From a virus (lineage: Duplodnaviria > Caudoviricetes): a DNA stretch of 64,000 nucleotides. Shown piece by piece: positions 19,235-27,747 of the stretch (its first letter is position 1; each line of letters opens with the position of its first letter). Location of the stretch: positions 160,001 to 224,000 of IMG/VR virus record IMGVR_UViG_2974692648_000001; one strand, given 5' to 3'. The position numbers were made by a program, and so were the translations under genes. The notes under the pieces are model-generated. The model was not told the DNA's origin and ran no database searches. It was given only the letters and a program-made list of their open reading frames with translations.

Positions 19235-19879
19235 ATGTCCATAATCAGTGTAGACAGAAGCGGGTTCATGGTTACCGCCGTTACTGAGCGCGGTCCCTTT
19301 TGGTGCATGACGACTTCCGCTAGTCGCCCTGTCTGGAGCAAAGACTTCCCTATTGAACGTGAGGAAGGCGTACCAGAACATGTGATTTATGGTGCGGCTT
19401 ACGACGATGGTGAAGGGAAAGATTTTTCTTCTAATGAATTTTACGACATCATGTGGTTGTATCAAGTTGAAAAGTTAGAGGAAGGGACGTATCCACTCCG
19501 TCACCCACTTATGGTGCACAGTAAGATGGGAGAGCATCGCTGGGCTGGTTTAACTAACAAAGGTACTTTAGTTACCTTAAAACTTAACGACAGAAATTTG
19601 GAGATTAAGTTTTACGATGTTAGCGACGGTGGCAGTTATCTCATTGACAATGACCAAGAGAAAGGTCTTCCGATCGCAAGCGAAGTTGTTGGGGTTATAG
19701 ACGGTCCCGAAAGTTTGCAATGGGGGATGTTAGCTAGCCTCAGAAAGGACACCCCTAAGTTAGCCAAGGTGTTTTCTACTGATCGAGACATAAGTGTTGT
19801 AATGTCCATGAATCCAAAACCTGAAACATTAGATAGTTGGGTGACTGCTCTGGATGAAAAGCTAGGAGAATTAGTATGA
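19235..19879 (+). CDS. Proteasome/HslV-fold-like paralog A'
   Basis: M-SIISVDRSGFMVTAVTER resembles the HslV N-terminal strands; lacks GSG and D..GG; paralog of 17886. Confidence 0.5.
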   Translation: MSIISVDRSGFMVTAVTERGPFWCMTTSASRPVWSKDFPIEREEGVPEHVIYGAAYDDGEGKDFSSNEFYDIMWLYQVEKLEEGTYPLRHPLMVHSKMGEHRWAGLTNKGTLVTLKLNDRNLEIKFYDVSDGGSYLIDNDQEKGLPIASEVVGVIDGPESLQWGMLASLRKDTPKLAKVFSTDRDISVVMSMNPKPETLDSWVTALDEKLGELV

Positions 19880-20592
19880 CTTTAGTTGTTGGATTTTTAG
19901 GTGACATGATGGCTGATTCTAAGGCGATGAGCTGCGCCGAAGAGTTAGAACGTCGTCCTCGGGTTGCCACGCATGATCATCTTAAGATCATGCCCGCACC
20001 TAACTTGACCCCTCCTTATGTTGATGAAGAAGGAACAGAGCATGTTCCAGACTTTATGGGAGTGGCAGGGAACACTAATGCAGTAGAGATGCTTAAGTTA
20101 GACCCCACGGATATGTTAGGTTTGTTTGGTTTGGAGAAATTCATTCCTGGTGAATACAACATGTCTTTGATCAATTTTAACATGGATACTGACATCTCTT
20201 TAAAAGTCATGTTCCGTGTTGGTGAGAAATTCTTTACCGTGGGATTTGACGGTTCTTCTTTGGAGATCTCTAAATTAACCAACTATGTTTCTATGGGTAG
20301 TGGTGCTGGACCTTTCCGCGTCCTAACTAAGATGCTCTTTGATGACAAGGGGGTGACAGGTCAAGATCTCGCGACTACCTTTAAACTACTCATGTTATCA
20401 GGTGCGGATGTAACCGTAGGAGGAAAATTCCAATTCCTGTTATCCGGAAAGGATAACGTTTTTAGCGAGACACCTAAGATCACTCAAGAAGACCGAGAGA
20501 AATTAGTAAAGCGTTACAAAGAGACGCTTTACAAACTAAGCGGTCACGAACTCCCTAAAGAAGCGGAAGAGGAAAAGATTGAGAAGGAGTAG
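19876..20592 (+). CDS. Proteasome beta/HslV-like Ntn peptidase, paralog B'
   Basis: M-TLVV...MADS, HLKI, GVAG, MGSG, DVTVGG; ATGA coupling to A'. Confidence 0.8.
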   Translation: MTLVVGFLGDMMADSKAMSCAEELERRPRVATHDHLKIMPAPNLTPPYVDEEGTEHVPDFMGVAGNTNAVEMLKLDPTDMLGLFGLEKFIPGEYNMSLINFNMDTDISLKVMFRVGEKFFTVGFDGSSLEISKLTNYVSMGSGAGPFRVLTKMLFDDKGVTGQDLATTFKLLMLSGADVTVGGKFQFLLSGKDNVFSETPKITQEDREKLVKRYKETLYKLSGHELPKEAEEEKIEKE

Positions 20593-20595
20593 GGT

Positions 20596-21165
20596 ATGAA
20601 GGAAAACACCATCAAGTTGGTGTTACTGGACGTGATCAAAGCTTACCACTCATACCTTGGAAACGAGGTATGGGAGGAAACCCTATTGAAAGCCAACAAT
20701 GGGGATTGCATCTGGATAGCTCAACTTACGGCGTATGTGCTCAGACATGCGTTTGATTTTTCGATAGACATACAGAGTTCCCCTCACCATACATTCTTAG
20801 TGTATGACGGAAAGGTTTACGATTCTCTTAACTTTAACGGCGGAGATGTATTCAGTCTCCCCTTTTACGGAGTATCAAGTAAATGTCGAAAGGAAGTTTC
20901 TCCTCTGGATTACTTTCATTTGGAACCTTGGGATGAAGATATCTATTCGGTAATTCACCATGTATGTAATCATTATGGAATAATCCCCATGGGGAACGTG
21001 GGGTATGATTTTGGGAATCCTAAACCCATCGCTATTATTAGTAGTGCGGAAGAACAAAATCGTTTAGAGATTATGGACATTGATGTTGAGTATCGAATTT
21101 CAGCTGGATACGAGACGGAACATGTGCATGTTGTTGAAGTTAAAGATAATAACCTAGGTAATTAA
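20596..21165 (+). CDS. Putative papain/transglutaminase-like Cys-His-Asp protein
   Basis: NNGDC..IA, PHHTF..YDGKVYD; paralog of the N-terminus of 21553. Confidence 0.55.
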   Translation: MKENTIKLVLLDVIKAYHSYLGNEVWEETLLKANNGDCIWIAQLTAYVLRHAFDFSIDIQSSPHHTFLVYDGKVYDSLNFNGGDVFSLPFYGVSSKCRKEVSPLDYFHLEPWDEDIYSVIHHVCNHYGIIPMGNVGYDFGNPKPIAIISSAEEQNRLEIMDIDVEYRISAGYETEHVHVVEVKDNNLGN

Positions 21166-21167
21166 GA

Positions 21168-21560
21168 ATGTTGTTCACAGTCGGTGCGTTAATTAAAAAT
21201 GCGGAAGGTAAACTATTGATCCAAAATCATAAAAAGATTGGTGGGTTAACCATCCCTAGTGGTAAATTGGATGATAACGAACGTGACGTGGTTGGACTGA
21301 CCCGAGAATTGAAAGAGGAATTGGGCGTAACAACCCTTTGGGTTGGTAAGCGTTTAGGTAAGTGGCGACAGACCTACGAGGGTTTAGGTGTTGTCGATCA
21401 AGCTCTATACGAAGTGGTGTTAAACGAAGAACCTCGAAACATGGAACCAAACAAACACACTTCCCAAACTTGGATGTCCATTGAGGAGATCAAATCAAGT
21501 GGGGAGAAACTCAGCGGATATTTAACTAAAGTTTTAGAACTGGAGAAAACAAATGAGTAA
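21168..21560 (+). CDS. Nudix hydrolase
   Basis: Complete Nudix box GKLDDNERDVVGLTRELKEELGV. Confidence 0.92.
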   Translation: MLFTVGALIKNAEGKLLIQNHKKIGGLTIPSGKLDDNERDVVGLTRELKEELGVTTLWVGKRLGKWRQTYEGLGVVDQALYEVVLNEEPRNMEPNKHTSQTWMSIEEIKSSGEKLSGYLTKVLELEKTNE

Positions 21561-22815
21561 ACAAATTAAAGAATTAATGTACCAACTGGTCGATTCATTC
21601 TCGATTATTGCTAACCTTAAACACCATAAAGCGGTTCAGTATTTGAACAGCGGGCATTGTTACGCGGTGGCGACGTTAGCACAACACATCTTAAAAGAGA
21701 AATATGACATCACAGTGAACTTGAAGTCTCACCCACATCATAGTTTCTTTGAATATGACGGTGTCTACTACGATACTTTGTTTCCGGTAGGTTATCCACT
21801 ACACCCTTCTGAGGTGTGGCGTATGGAAGAGGCTCGGTGTCGTAAGACTTTAGATGACTGGGCGTTTGGAGAGTGCATGATGGTTAACCCAGACCCAACT
21901 ATCATCGCTTGGGTGGAGTACGTTACGGAAAGACTCGGAATCAGTCAACCTAAGTTTTACTGGGAGATGATAGAAACTTTCGAAGATCGTTCTACTTATG
22001 ATAAGAAAGCAACTCGTAAAGTCTACCATCACAAACTAGGCAAGTACCGTCGTAAGGTTAAACGTTACCGTCTCCGAGCATGGAAGTTCCGTAACGTAGA
22101 ATGGAAAACGTTCATGATTGGTTGGATGGCGGAGTTTACCCCTTATCCGGAAGATCTTTGGGTGGATTTAGAAGTCATTGAATACGATAAGTGGGTGAAG
22201 AAAGTAATCTCTACCGTTTACCCTCCTTACGAAGAAGTGATGGAGAAGTGTTTTGGTGACGATGTCTTTGACTCCCCTAATGTTCAAGCGATGGGTCGAT
22301 TAAGTGACATCTGTACAGGTGGTGAAGTGGGGTTTAAGCGGGACAACCTTTGGGGTGTATGTGCCAGCACTGGTCTCGAGTTAAGTGCTTCTATGGAAGT
22401 GAAGTCTCCTGTGGGACCCCTAGAGGTTTCGGAGGAAGTGGATAAAATACTGGAAGACGCAGCACAGCACTTGAATGAGAAACACCAACAGTCTAGTTTC
22501 CCTCGTGGTTGTTCTGCTAACGTCAAAATGTACGATGATGCTTGTTATCAACATTACATGAATGCACGGTCTGAAGCCCCAGGTCTTTTGAACTTGACAT
22601 GTCATCACTGGAAGGTAATCGACGAGGCTTGCAAAAGAATAAAGGACGGGGAAGTCTTTGATCCTAAAAGAGTGCTTACATTAGGTTCACCTGATAAACT
22701 AGAAGATGATCCTAAACGTGTACTCTTTGCCGTCGAAGATAACGAGGGTAAAGTGAGCTACACGAGTGATCGAGAAGCGTGGTTAAATAGGGACTCCGGT
22801 GACTGCGAGGAATAA
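21553..22815 (+). CDS. Putative Cys-His-Asp protein with a C-terminal extension
   Basis: NSGHC..VA, PHHSF..YDGVYYD; basic central segment. Confidence 0.55.
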   Translation: MSKQIKELMYQLVDSFSIIANLKHHKAVQYLNSGHCYAVATLAQHILKEKYDITVNLKSHPHHSFFEYDGVYYDTLFPVGYPLHPSEVWRMEEARCRKTLDDWAFGECMMVNPDPTIIAWVEYVTERLGISQPKFYWEMIETFEDRSTYDKKATRKVYHHKLGKYRRKVKRYRLRAWKFRNVEWKTFMIGWMAEFTPYPEDLWVDLEVIEYDKWVKKVISTVYPPYEEVMEKCFGDDVFDSPNVQAMGRLSDICTGGEVGFKRDNLWGVCASTGLELSASMEVKSPVGPLEVSEEVDKILEDAAQHLNEKHQQSSFPRGCSANVKMYDDACYQHYMNARSEAPGLLNLTCHHWKVIDEACKRIKDGEVFDPKRVLTLGSPDKLEDDPKRVLFAVEDNEGKVSYTSDREAWLNRDSGDCEE

Positions 22816-22836
22816 CATCGTATGTAAGGAGAATCT

Positions 22837-23043
22837 ATGAGTAAACTAGCAATAGCGGCTGTGGTGGCCGCTACTTTATCAGCACCACATCCACTAACAA
22901 TAACGCGTGATTGGGAAGAAAGTTTTGACTACGACTTTCTTGCAACTGAGTTAAGAAGACCGCCTCTCAAAATCAACGCGGTTGGCACGAGTAGTCAGAA
23001 CAACATACGTCATTTTTATTATTACATTAGAAGGAACAACTGA
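22837..23043 (+). CDS. Small hypothetical protein
   Basis: 68 aa; RBS AAGGAG; hydrophobic N-terminus. Confidence 0.65.
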   Translation: MSKLAIAAVVAATLSAPHPLTITRDWEESFDYDFLATELRRPPLKINAVGTSSQNNIRHFYYYIRRNN

Positions 23044-23044
23044 G

Positions 23045-23416
23045 ATGTTTAAAAAGGAAAACTTGAAGATTCTTGTTATAGGGGTAGTGTTAGCGATCAG
23101 TTATCAGGTTGCCCTGAGCCTGGTGCCCAATACTTATGAATCAGAAGGCGAAATTGTCAATATCCGCGAGGAGGTTCATCAGATCGATGTCATTAACTTT
23201 CCAACCGTCGGTGAGAGTAAACGTGTCGAACCAGAAAGTCACTCCTTCGTACGCTATGAGATAGAAGTCTTAATAAACAGAAAGATAGTCTCTTGCATAT
23301 TAAAGGAAGAACAATACGGTTTGTTAAACGGGACTAATTTCGTTAACATGTCTTATGAGATGATGGACAACGGTGAGTACCGTTGCATGAATTTGAAACC
23401 TGCTGAGGACGTGTAA
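23045..23416 (+). CDS. Membrane-anchored small beta-barrel (OB-like) protein
   Basis: TM segment, then EGEIVN...YEIEV...C.L pattern; ATG 23045 is preferred over the tracked start. Confidence 0.6.
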   Translation: MFKKENLKILVIGVVLAISYQVALSLVPNTYESEGEIVNIREEVHQIDVINFPTVGESKRVEPESHSFVRYEIEVLINRKIVSCILKEEQYGLLNGTNFVNMSYEMMDNGEYRCMNLKPAEDV

Positions 23417-23715
23417 TGAAAACCAGTACTAGTTGGGTGTGTCGAGCTGTTTCTGCTTCCCTGATCACTGCACTGTCGTTGTTCATAATTTGGTGTGCGG
23501 TCAATTACCAGATATTCATTGTGGAAGGTTATGTTACCGATGTGTTTAAAGTTGATGGTTCTGAGTACGATTACTTCATTCGAACGGAAGTGGATTTATT
23601 CCAATGTCGGATTGGGGAAGAAGAACATCTCATCATTGGGGAGGAGCGTCACTTGAGTGTTATGTATGGTGAGTACCCAACCGGAGAACGGACTTGTCTC
23701 TATATCGGTATTTAA
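23416..23715 (+). CDS. Membrane-anchored small protein, probable paralog of 23045-23416
   Basis: TAATG overlap; TM segment, then EGYVTD...YFIR...CRIGEEE...GERTC. Confidence 0.65.
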   Translation: MKTSTSWVCRAVSASLITALSLFIIWCAVNYQIFIVEGYVTDVFKVDGSEYDYFIRTEVDLFQCRIGEEEHLIIGEERHLSVMYGEYPTGERTCLYIGI

Positions 23716-23726
23716 CATACAGTTAC

Positions 23727-23750
23727 TTTCAAATCTATATAACCTAGGTG
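23727..23750 (+). promoter_or_regulatory. Putative early promoter
   Basis: TTTCAAATCTATATAACCTAGGTG; one mismatch to 12161-12184. Confidence 0.75.
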
Positions 23751-23793
23751 TTAAGTAACTATCTTTCATTAACCTTTAATAAGGAATATCACC

Positions 23794-24057
23794 ATGGACT
23801 TTCTAAAAGAAAAAGCTACTGTCAATGAACTTCGTGTAATCAAAGCTGTCACTGGTCTAGCTATCGGTGGTGTTTCAATCGCGATGAATGAAGAACTTCC
23901 AGTAGGCAAGCTTGCTTGTACCGCAGCAGGTACTACGATGGCAGTCATGAATACTTCAGAAAGAGACACTCGTCGTCTAGGTGCTCGTGAAAATGCTATC
24001 TGGGAAACTGTAGGTAGTGTTGCGCTTGTTAGTATCGTCGGAAGCCTATTCTCATAA
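23794..24057 (+). CDS. Small Gly/Ala-rich hydrophobic protein
   Basis: 87 aa; RBS AAGGA; first gene after an early promoter. Confidence 0.75.
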   Translation: MDFLKEKATVNELRVIKAVTGLAIGGVSIAMNEELPVGKLACTAAGTTMAVMNTSERDTRRLGARENAIWETVGSVALVSIVGSLFS

Positions 24058-24077
24058 ATCTTTAAAAGGAACCTGTC

Positions 24078-24479
24078 ATGGAAAACTTCATCTACAATGG
24101 GATCAACTACATGGACCTTGTGAAAGCAAGCGTTGGTGAACACACTATCTATATCAGTAAATGGGATGTAGAAAAGAAGATCAAAAACGATGTTATTCAA
24201 CTTACAGAAGAACGTCCAACTGAGTTCAACACAGAACTCCATATTGAAATTAACTTGACTATTTATTCAAGTGTGATTGTTCATGTGGTTGATTCCTTGC
24301 AAGCTCTGGAGATTGCTAAAGAGCTTTCTTCTAAGCTTAGTAAAGAAGTTACCATTTATTCACATGCTCGTCATTTAGCTCGATTCCTAAAAGGTGAGCA
24401 GGTCGGTCAGGTGAAAACATTGGACGATTTCTATACGAACATCACTGAAGAACAACGAGCACTGACTCGCTTAAAATAA
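24078..24479 (+). CDS. Hypothetical protein
   Basis: 133 aa; RBS AAGGA. Confidence 0.75.
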   Translation: MENFIYNGINYMDLVKASVGEHTIYISKWDVEKKIKNDVIQLTEERPTEFNTELHIEINLTIYSSVIVHVVDSLQALEIAKELSSKLSKEVTIYSHARHLARFLKGEQVGQVKTLDDFYTNITEEQRALTRLK

Positions 24480-24494
24480 ACAGAATGCAGAAAA

Positions 24495-24523
24495 CCTCCT
24501 ACTACCCAATGGGTAGTAGGAGG
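24495..24523. terminator. Bidirectional terminator between convergent units
   Basis: CCTCCTACTACCC-AAT-GGGTAGTAGGAGG, with A-rich and T-rich flanks. Confidence 0.85.
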
Positions 24524-24558
24524 AACCTTTCAGTTTATTTTTTTTTTCGTTCAGGTTA

Positions 24559-25458
24559 TTAAACCATCACGTTTTTGTTCTTCACTTTAGAAGCACGGTC
24601 TTTCATCTGCTCCATGATACCAGTATCACGAAGAGACTCAAGTACTGCCGTACGATCTTTAAAGCCAGACGGAATGCTGGAACCGATGTTGTTATACAAC
24701 GGTAGTTTCTTCAAGAAAGTACGAGCAACTTCACGTACCGCCAGAGTATCGAACTCCGTCAAACCTGTGTATTCCATGTTGATCTCACGGATTTGACCAG
24801 CTTCGTCTTTGTTACGACGAATACCCACTTCTACAGTCGAACGAGGCATGACCGCTAGAGTCATGGCGGCGTGAGCGATGTCACGCATGTTTTCTGTAGT
24901 GTTGAACATCAGTAGTGTGGCTGAACGTTCATCGATAAGTAGGTCACCCGGCTCACTCAGAACAACAGCACGCGGAGCACCGATGTCGGTATCGTGACCA
25001 CACCATTTCACCCAGATAGAGTGTAGGTTAGTGAAGACTTCACCTACGACGTCATTGCCTTGGAATGAAATAGGGCCTAGGGTGCGAGTACCACCAGTAG
25101 GCACGCTTAACGTACGACCAGACCAACGAACATCACCGAACTCTAGTTCAGTACGGTCCGTTGGACCTTGCCATGTACGGGCACGTGTTTCAAACCACGC
25201 TTTAGCCAACGCATGCAGATAGTTACCCGCAGGTAGACGACTGAATAGCGCAGGAGTGGACATCACGAAACACCAACCTTGTTGGTCAATGTGTGGATGT
25301 TCACTAACGTAAGCGTAGGAATCCGGCGCAAAGCCGTATTGACCACCTTGAGTGCCGTCCAACGTAGCGCGATCGCCTTTGTCGGTGTTGGCAAAGAAGG
25401 CAGACGAGTTAGACAGGATTGTCTTATTGCCGCGATGCGGCTGGTTAGAAGCTGCCAT
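24559..25458 (-). CDS. Tail tube protein (phiKZ gp30-like)
   Basis: 299 aa immediately downstream of the sheath gene; GGQYG motif; size and synteny. Confidence 0.8.
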   Translation of the reverse strand: MAASNQPHRGNKTILSNSSAFFANTDKGDRATLDGTQGGQYGFAPDSYAYVSEHPHIDQQGWCFVMSTPALFSRLPAGNYLHALAKAWFETRARTWQGPTDRTELEFGDVRWSGRTLSVPTGGTRTLGPISFQGNDVVGEVFTNLHSIWVKWCGHDTDIGAPRAVVLSEPGDLLIDERSATLLMFNTTENMRDIAHAAMTLAVMPRSTVEVGIRRNKDEAGQIREINMEYTGLTEFDTLAVREVARTFLKKLPLYNNIGSSIPSGFKDRTAVLESLRDTGIMEQMKDRASKVKNKNVMV

Positions 25459-25463
25459 CTAAA

Positions 25464-27602
25464 TTACCCCTCAGCTGCCAAGTCTTGCTCGTTGCGGGCA
25501 ACGAGAGACATATCCATCATGTACTTACCTTTACGGAAAGCAACATAACCTGTTACGTAAAGAACGGAACGAGAATCCGCAGCACCTTCGTTGTACGTAG
25601 GTTCAACCACTATATCTTCGAACATTGTCCCTAGGTTTTCACGACATTTCGTTTCAGCACGATCTTTAACGATCGCCGCGTATTCTTCTGCCGTGATGGT
25701 GGTGTCGCCAGAAACCAACGTCCACGTATCTGCGATGATCTTCTCAACGTTTACCGCAGTGAACACCGTAGTCCAGTCCTTAAGAACTGAATCTTGGTGA
25801 GGGTAAATAGTTGGAAGCGCAGGACGGTAAAGTTGTTCTTGGTTGTACGGACGTAAAGTACAAGCACCACTGTCGAAGTTGTTTGCTGCGTTAGGATCCG
25901 CTTCCAAATCTACTGTTGGGTCGTACATAGTACGAAGTAGACGGTTGTTAGCGTGATCTGGAGAATTCGCTTTTAGCAACTGACCTTGAGAGTTACCACC
26001 GAACAATGCCATGGCGTAAGCAAGGTCCAGTACATGAGAGAAACGCTCGCCAGACTCTTCATTGATCTTAGCCATTTCCCACATTGCAATCATCGCACGA
26101 CATGCAGGTGTACCATATTTCTCTGATTCAGGGAACAGACGAAGACGGTTAGTGATGTACGTTTGACGAGAGTAGTGTTCTTCGATGGTTGCTTCTTTTA
26201 GCCATTCTGCCGAAGCAAAGATCGCCGCATGGTCTTTACGAGACGCAAGAAGTTGGATCAGTTCGTCAACGATCTCTGAGTTGAAACCAACATCAAAGAT
26301 GATAGATTGACGGTTACGAGTCCAGTCCAAGATCTCTAGAGACTTGCGGTACTTCATGATATCTTCAAGGTATAACGCTTGAGTTACCTGCCACGCATCC
26401 TTACGGTTCAACTCTTCCACCGGACCTTTCTCAGGATCGAAGTTGTAAGAACGAGAAAGTGTCACACCTTCTGGTACCGAACGATCTTTAGTAAGGAAAG
26501 GAGAAATACCGCCCGTAGCGTCTAGCTGAGCACCCATGTTGAACAATCGAGTAGGCGCATCTACTTCGATTGCGTAGTAAGGGATGCCTTCGTGGTTTAC
26601 AGCAGTCAGTGGGTTGATTTGTTTGTAAGGCTTAACACCTTCCAAGTAAACCAAGTTTTCTGGCTTAGCTGCTTCTTCGACACTGAATAGGTCTTTACAC
26701 AGAGCTTCAATAGACTCGTGGTAAACGTGAGCTTCGTAGAACGGAGCAGCACGTGGAGTCATTGGACGGTTAGCTGTTGCACCTGTGTAAGCACCGATCG
26801 CTTCTTTAACACCGTAACGAACGTTGTTAGCACGAGTGTCAAACAAAGTGAACTGCACTTCTTCAGTATTGATCAGTGTTTTAGCAATCACGGGAGTGCC
26901 GTAGATTGATTTCTCGTACAACTTCATGTTGAACGGGAAGACACCGAACTGAGATACAAACTCAGCAATACGAGAGAAGTCCGCTGAACCAGAGATACCT
27001 GCATAGTGACCCATGCGGTTGTAGATATCACCGATGCCCGCCGGTAGCTCGTAAAGTGGATAGATGGTGAAACCAGGTTCACCTTCTGCACCTTCACCAG
27101 TAATCGGTTTCAAACCTTTGTACTCAGTATCAGTGATATCAAGTAACATCGGAGTAATTTTACGACCTGGTAAAGTTACGTCACCTGAGTCTACCGGAAT
27201 ACGAGCACCGTTGTCATCAAGTACGAATTGTTGAGCTGCGTCACGCTGGTATTGCTGAATGTCTCCAGCAGTAACTTTAACGCCCACTGCCACACGAGCA
27301 ATCTCGTTGTTTGCTGTTAGACGACGCATGCCTAGTGAAGCCTGACCACCACTAGCTAGAGTTTGGATCAGTGCCGCGATCGGGTTGTAGTACGGACCAT
27401 CAGTATCTTGGATATCCCCATAGAGATCAGCCAAGTCACTCACGTTGATGTACTTTTGTCCGAGAGGTCCTTTAGGAGTAACCGCACTAATAACTGGGAA
27501 GTTACAAGGGTAGGAAGCGAGCTGAGGAGACACGATAGGACGTGAATCATCGCCGATACCTTGGTTACGGACTTGTCCCGGAACTATAGATGTAAAGGAC
27601 AT
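25464..27602 (-). CDS. Tail sheath protein (phiKZ gp29-like)
   Basis: 712 aa; N-terminal PG....GI.D.S and TPKGP; FDVGF; PESEKYGTPACRA; divergent from the gp28-like gene. Confidence 0.88.
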   Translation of the reverse strand: MSFTSIVPGQVRNQGIGDDSRPIVSPQLASYPCNFPVISAVTPKGPLGQKYINVSDLADLYGDIQDTDGPYYNPIAALIQTLASGGQASLGMRRLTANNEIARVAVGVKVTAGDIQQYQRDAAQQFVLDDNGARIPVDSGDVTLPGRKITPMLLDITDTEYKGLKPITGEGAEGEPGFTIYPLYELPAGIGDIYNRMGHYAGISGSADFSRIAEFVSQFGVFPFNMKLYEKSIYGTPVIAKTLINTEEVQFTLFDTRANNVRYGVKEAIGAYTGATANRPMTPRAAPFYEAHVYHESIEALCKDLFSVEEAAKPENLVYLEGVKPYKQINPLTAVNHEGIPYYAIEVDAPTRLFNMGAQLDATGGISPFLTKDRSVPEGVTLSRSYNFDPEKGPVEELNRKDAWQVTQALYLEDIMKYRKSLEILDWTRNRQSIIFDVGFNSEIVDELIQLLASRKDHAAIFASAEWLKEATIEEHYSRQTYITNRLRLFPESEKYGTPACRAMIAMWEMAKINEESGERFSHVLDLAYAMALFGGNSQGQLLKANSPDHANNRLLRTMYDPTVDLEADPNAANNFDSGACTLRPYNQEQLYRPALPTIYPHQDSVLKDWTTVFTAVNVEKIIADTWTLVSGDTTITAEEYAAIVKDRAETKCRENLGTMFEDIVVEPTYNEGAADSRSVLYVTGYVAFRKGKYMMDMSLVARNEQDLAAEG

Positions 27603-27669
27603 AAATAACTCCGTTGGTTATTGTTTGTTAACTACAAGTTTTTTGATCAAAAAACTCACTTCCCATCAA

Positions 27670-27730
27670 TCGTATGACAGGAAACACTGTCTTATAACTG
27701 AAACGTAGAAAGTAAGTTTCTACATAGGAT
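27670..27730. promoter_or_regulatory. Candidate late (TATG-type) promoters for the divergent sheath and gp28-like operons
   Basis: TATG at 27673 (+) and CATA at 27723 (-). The motif is only 4 nt, so support is weak. Confidence 0.35.
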
Positions 27731-27747
27731 TCAATACGGAGTTTATC

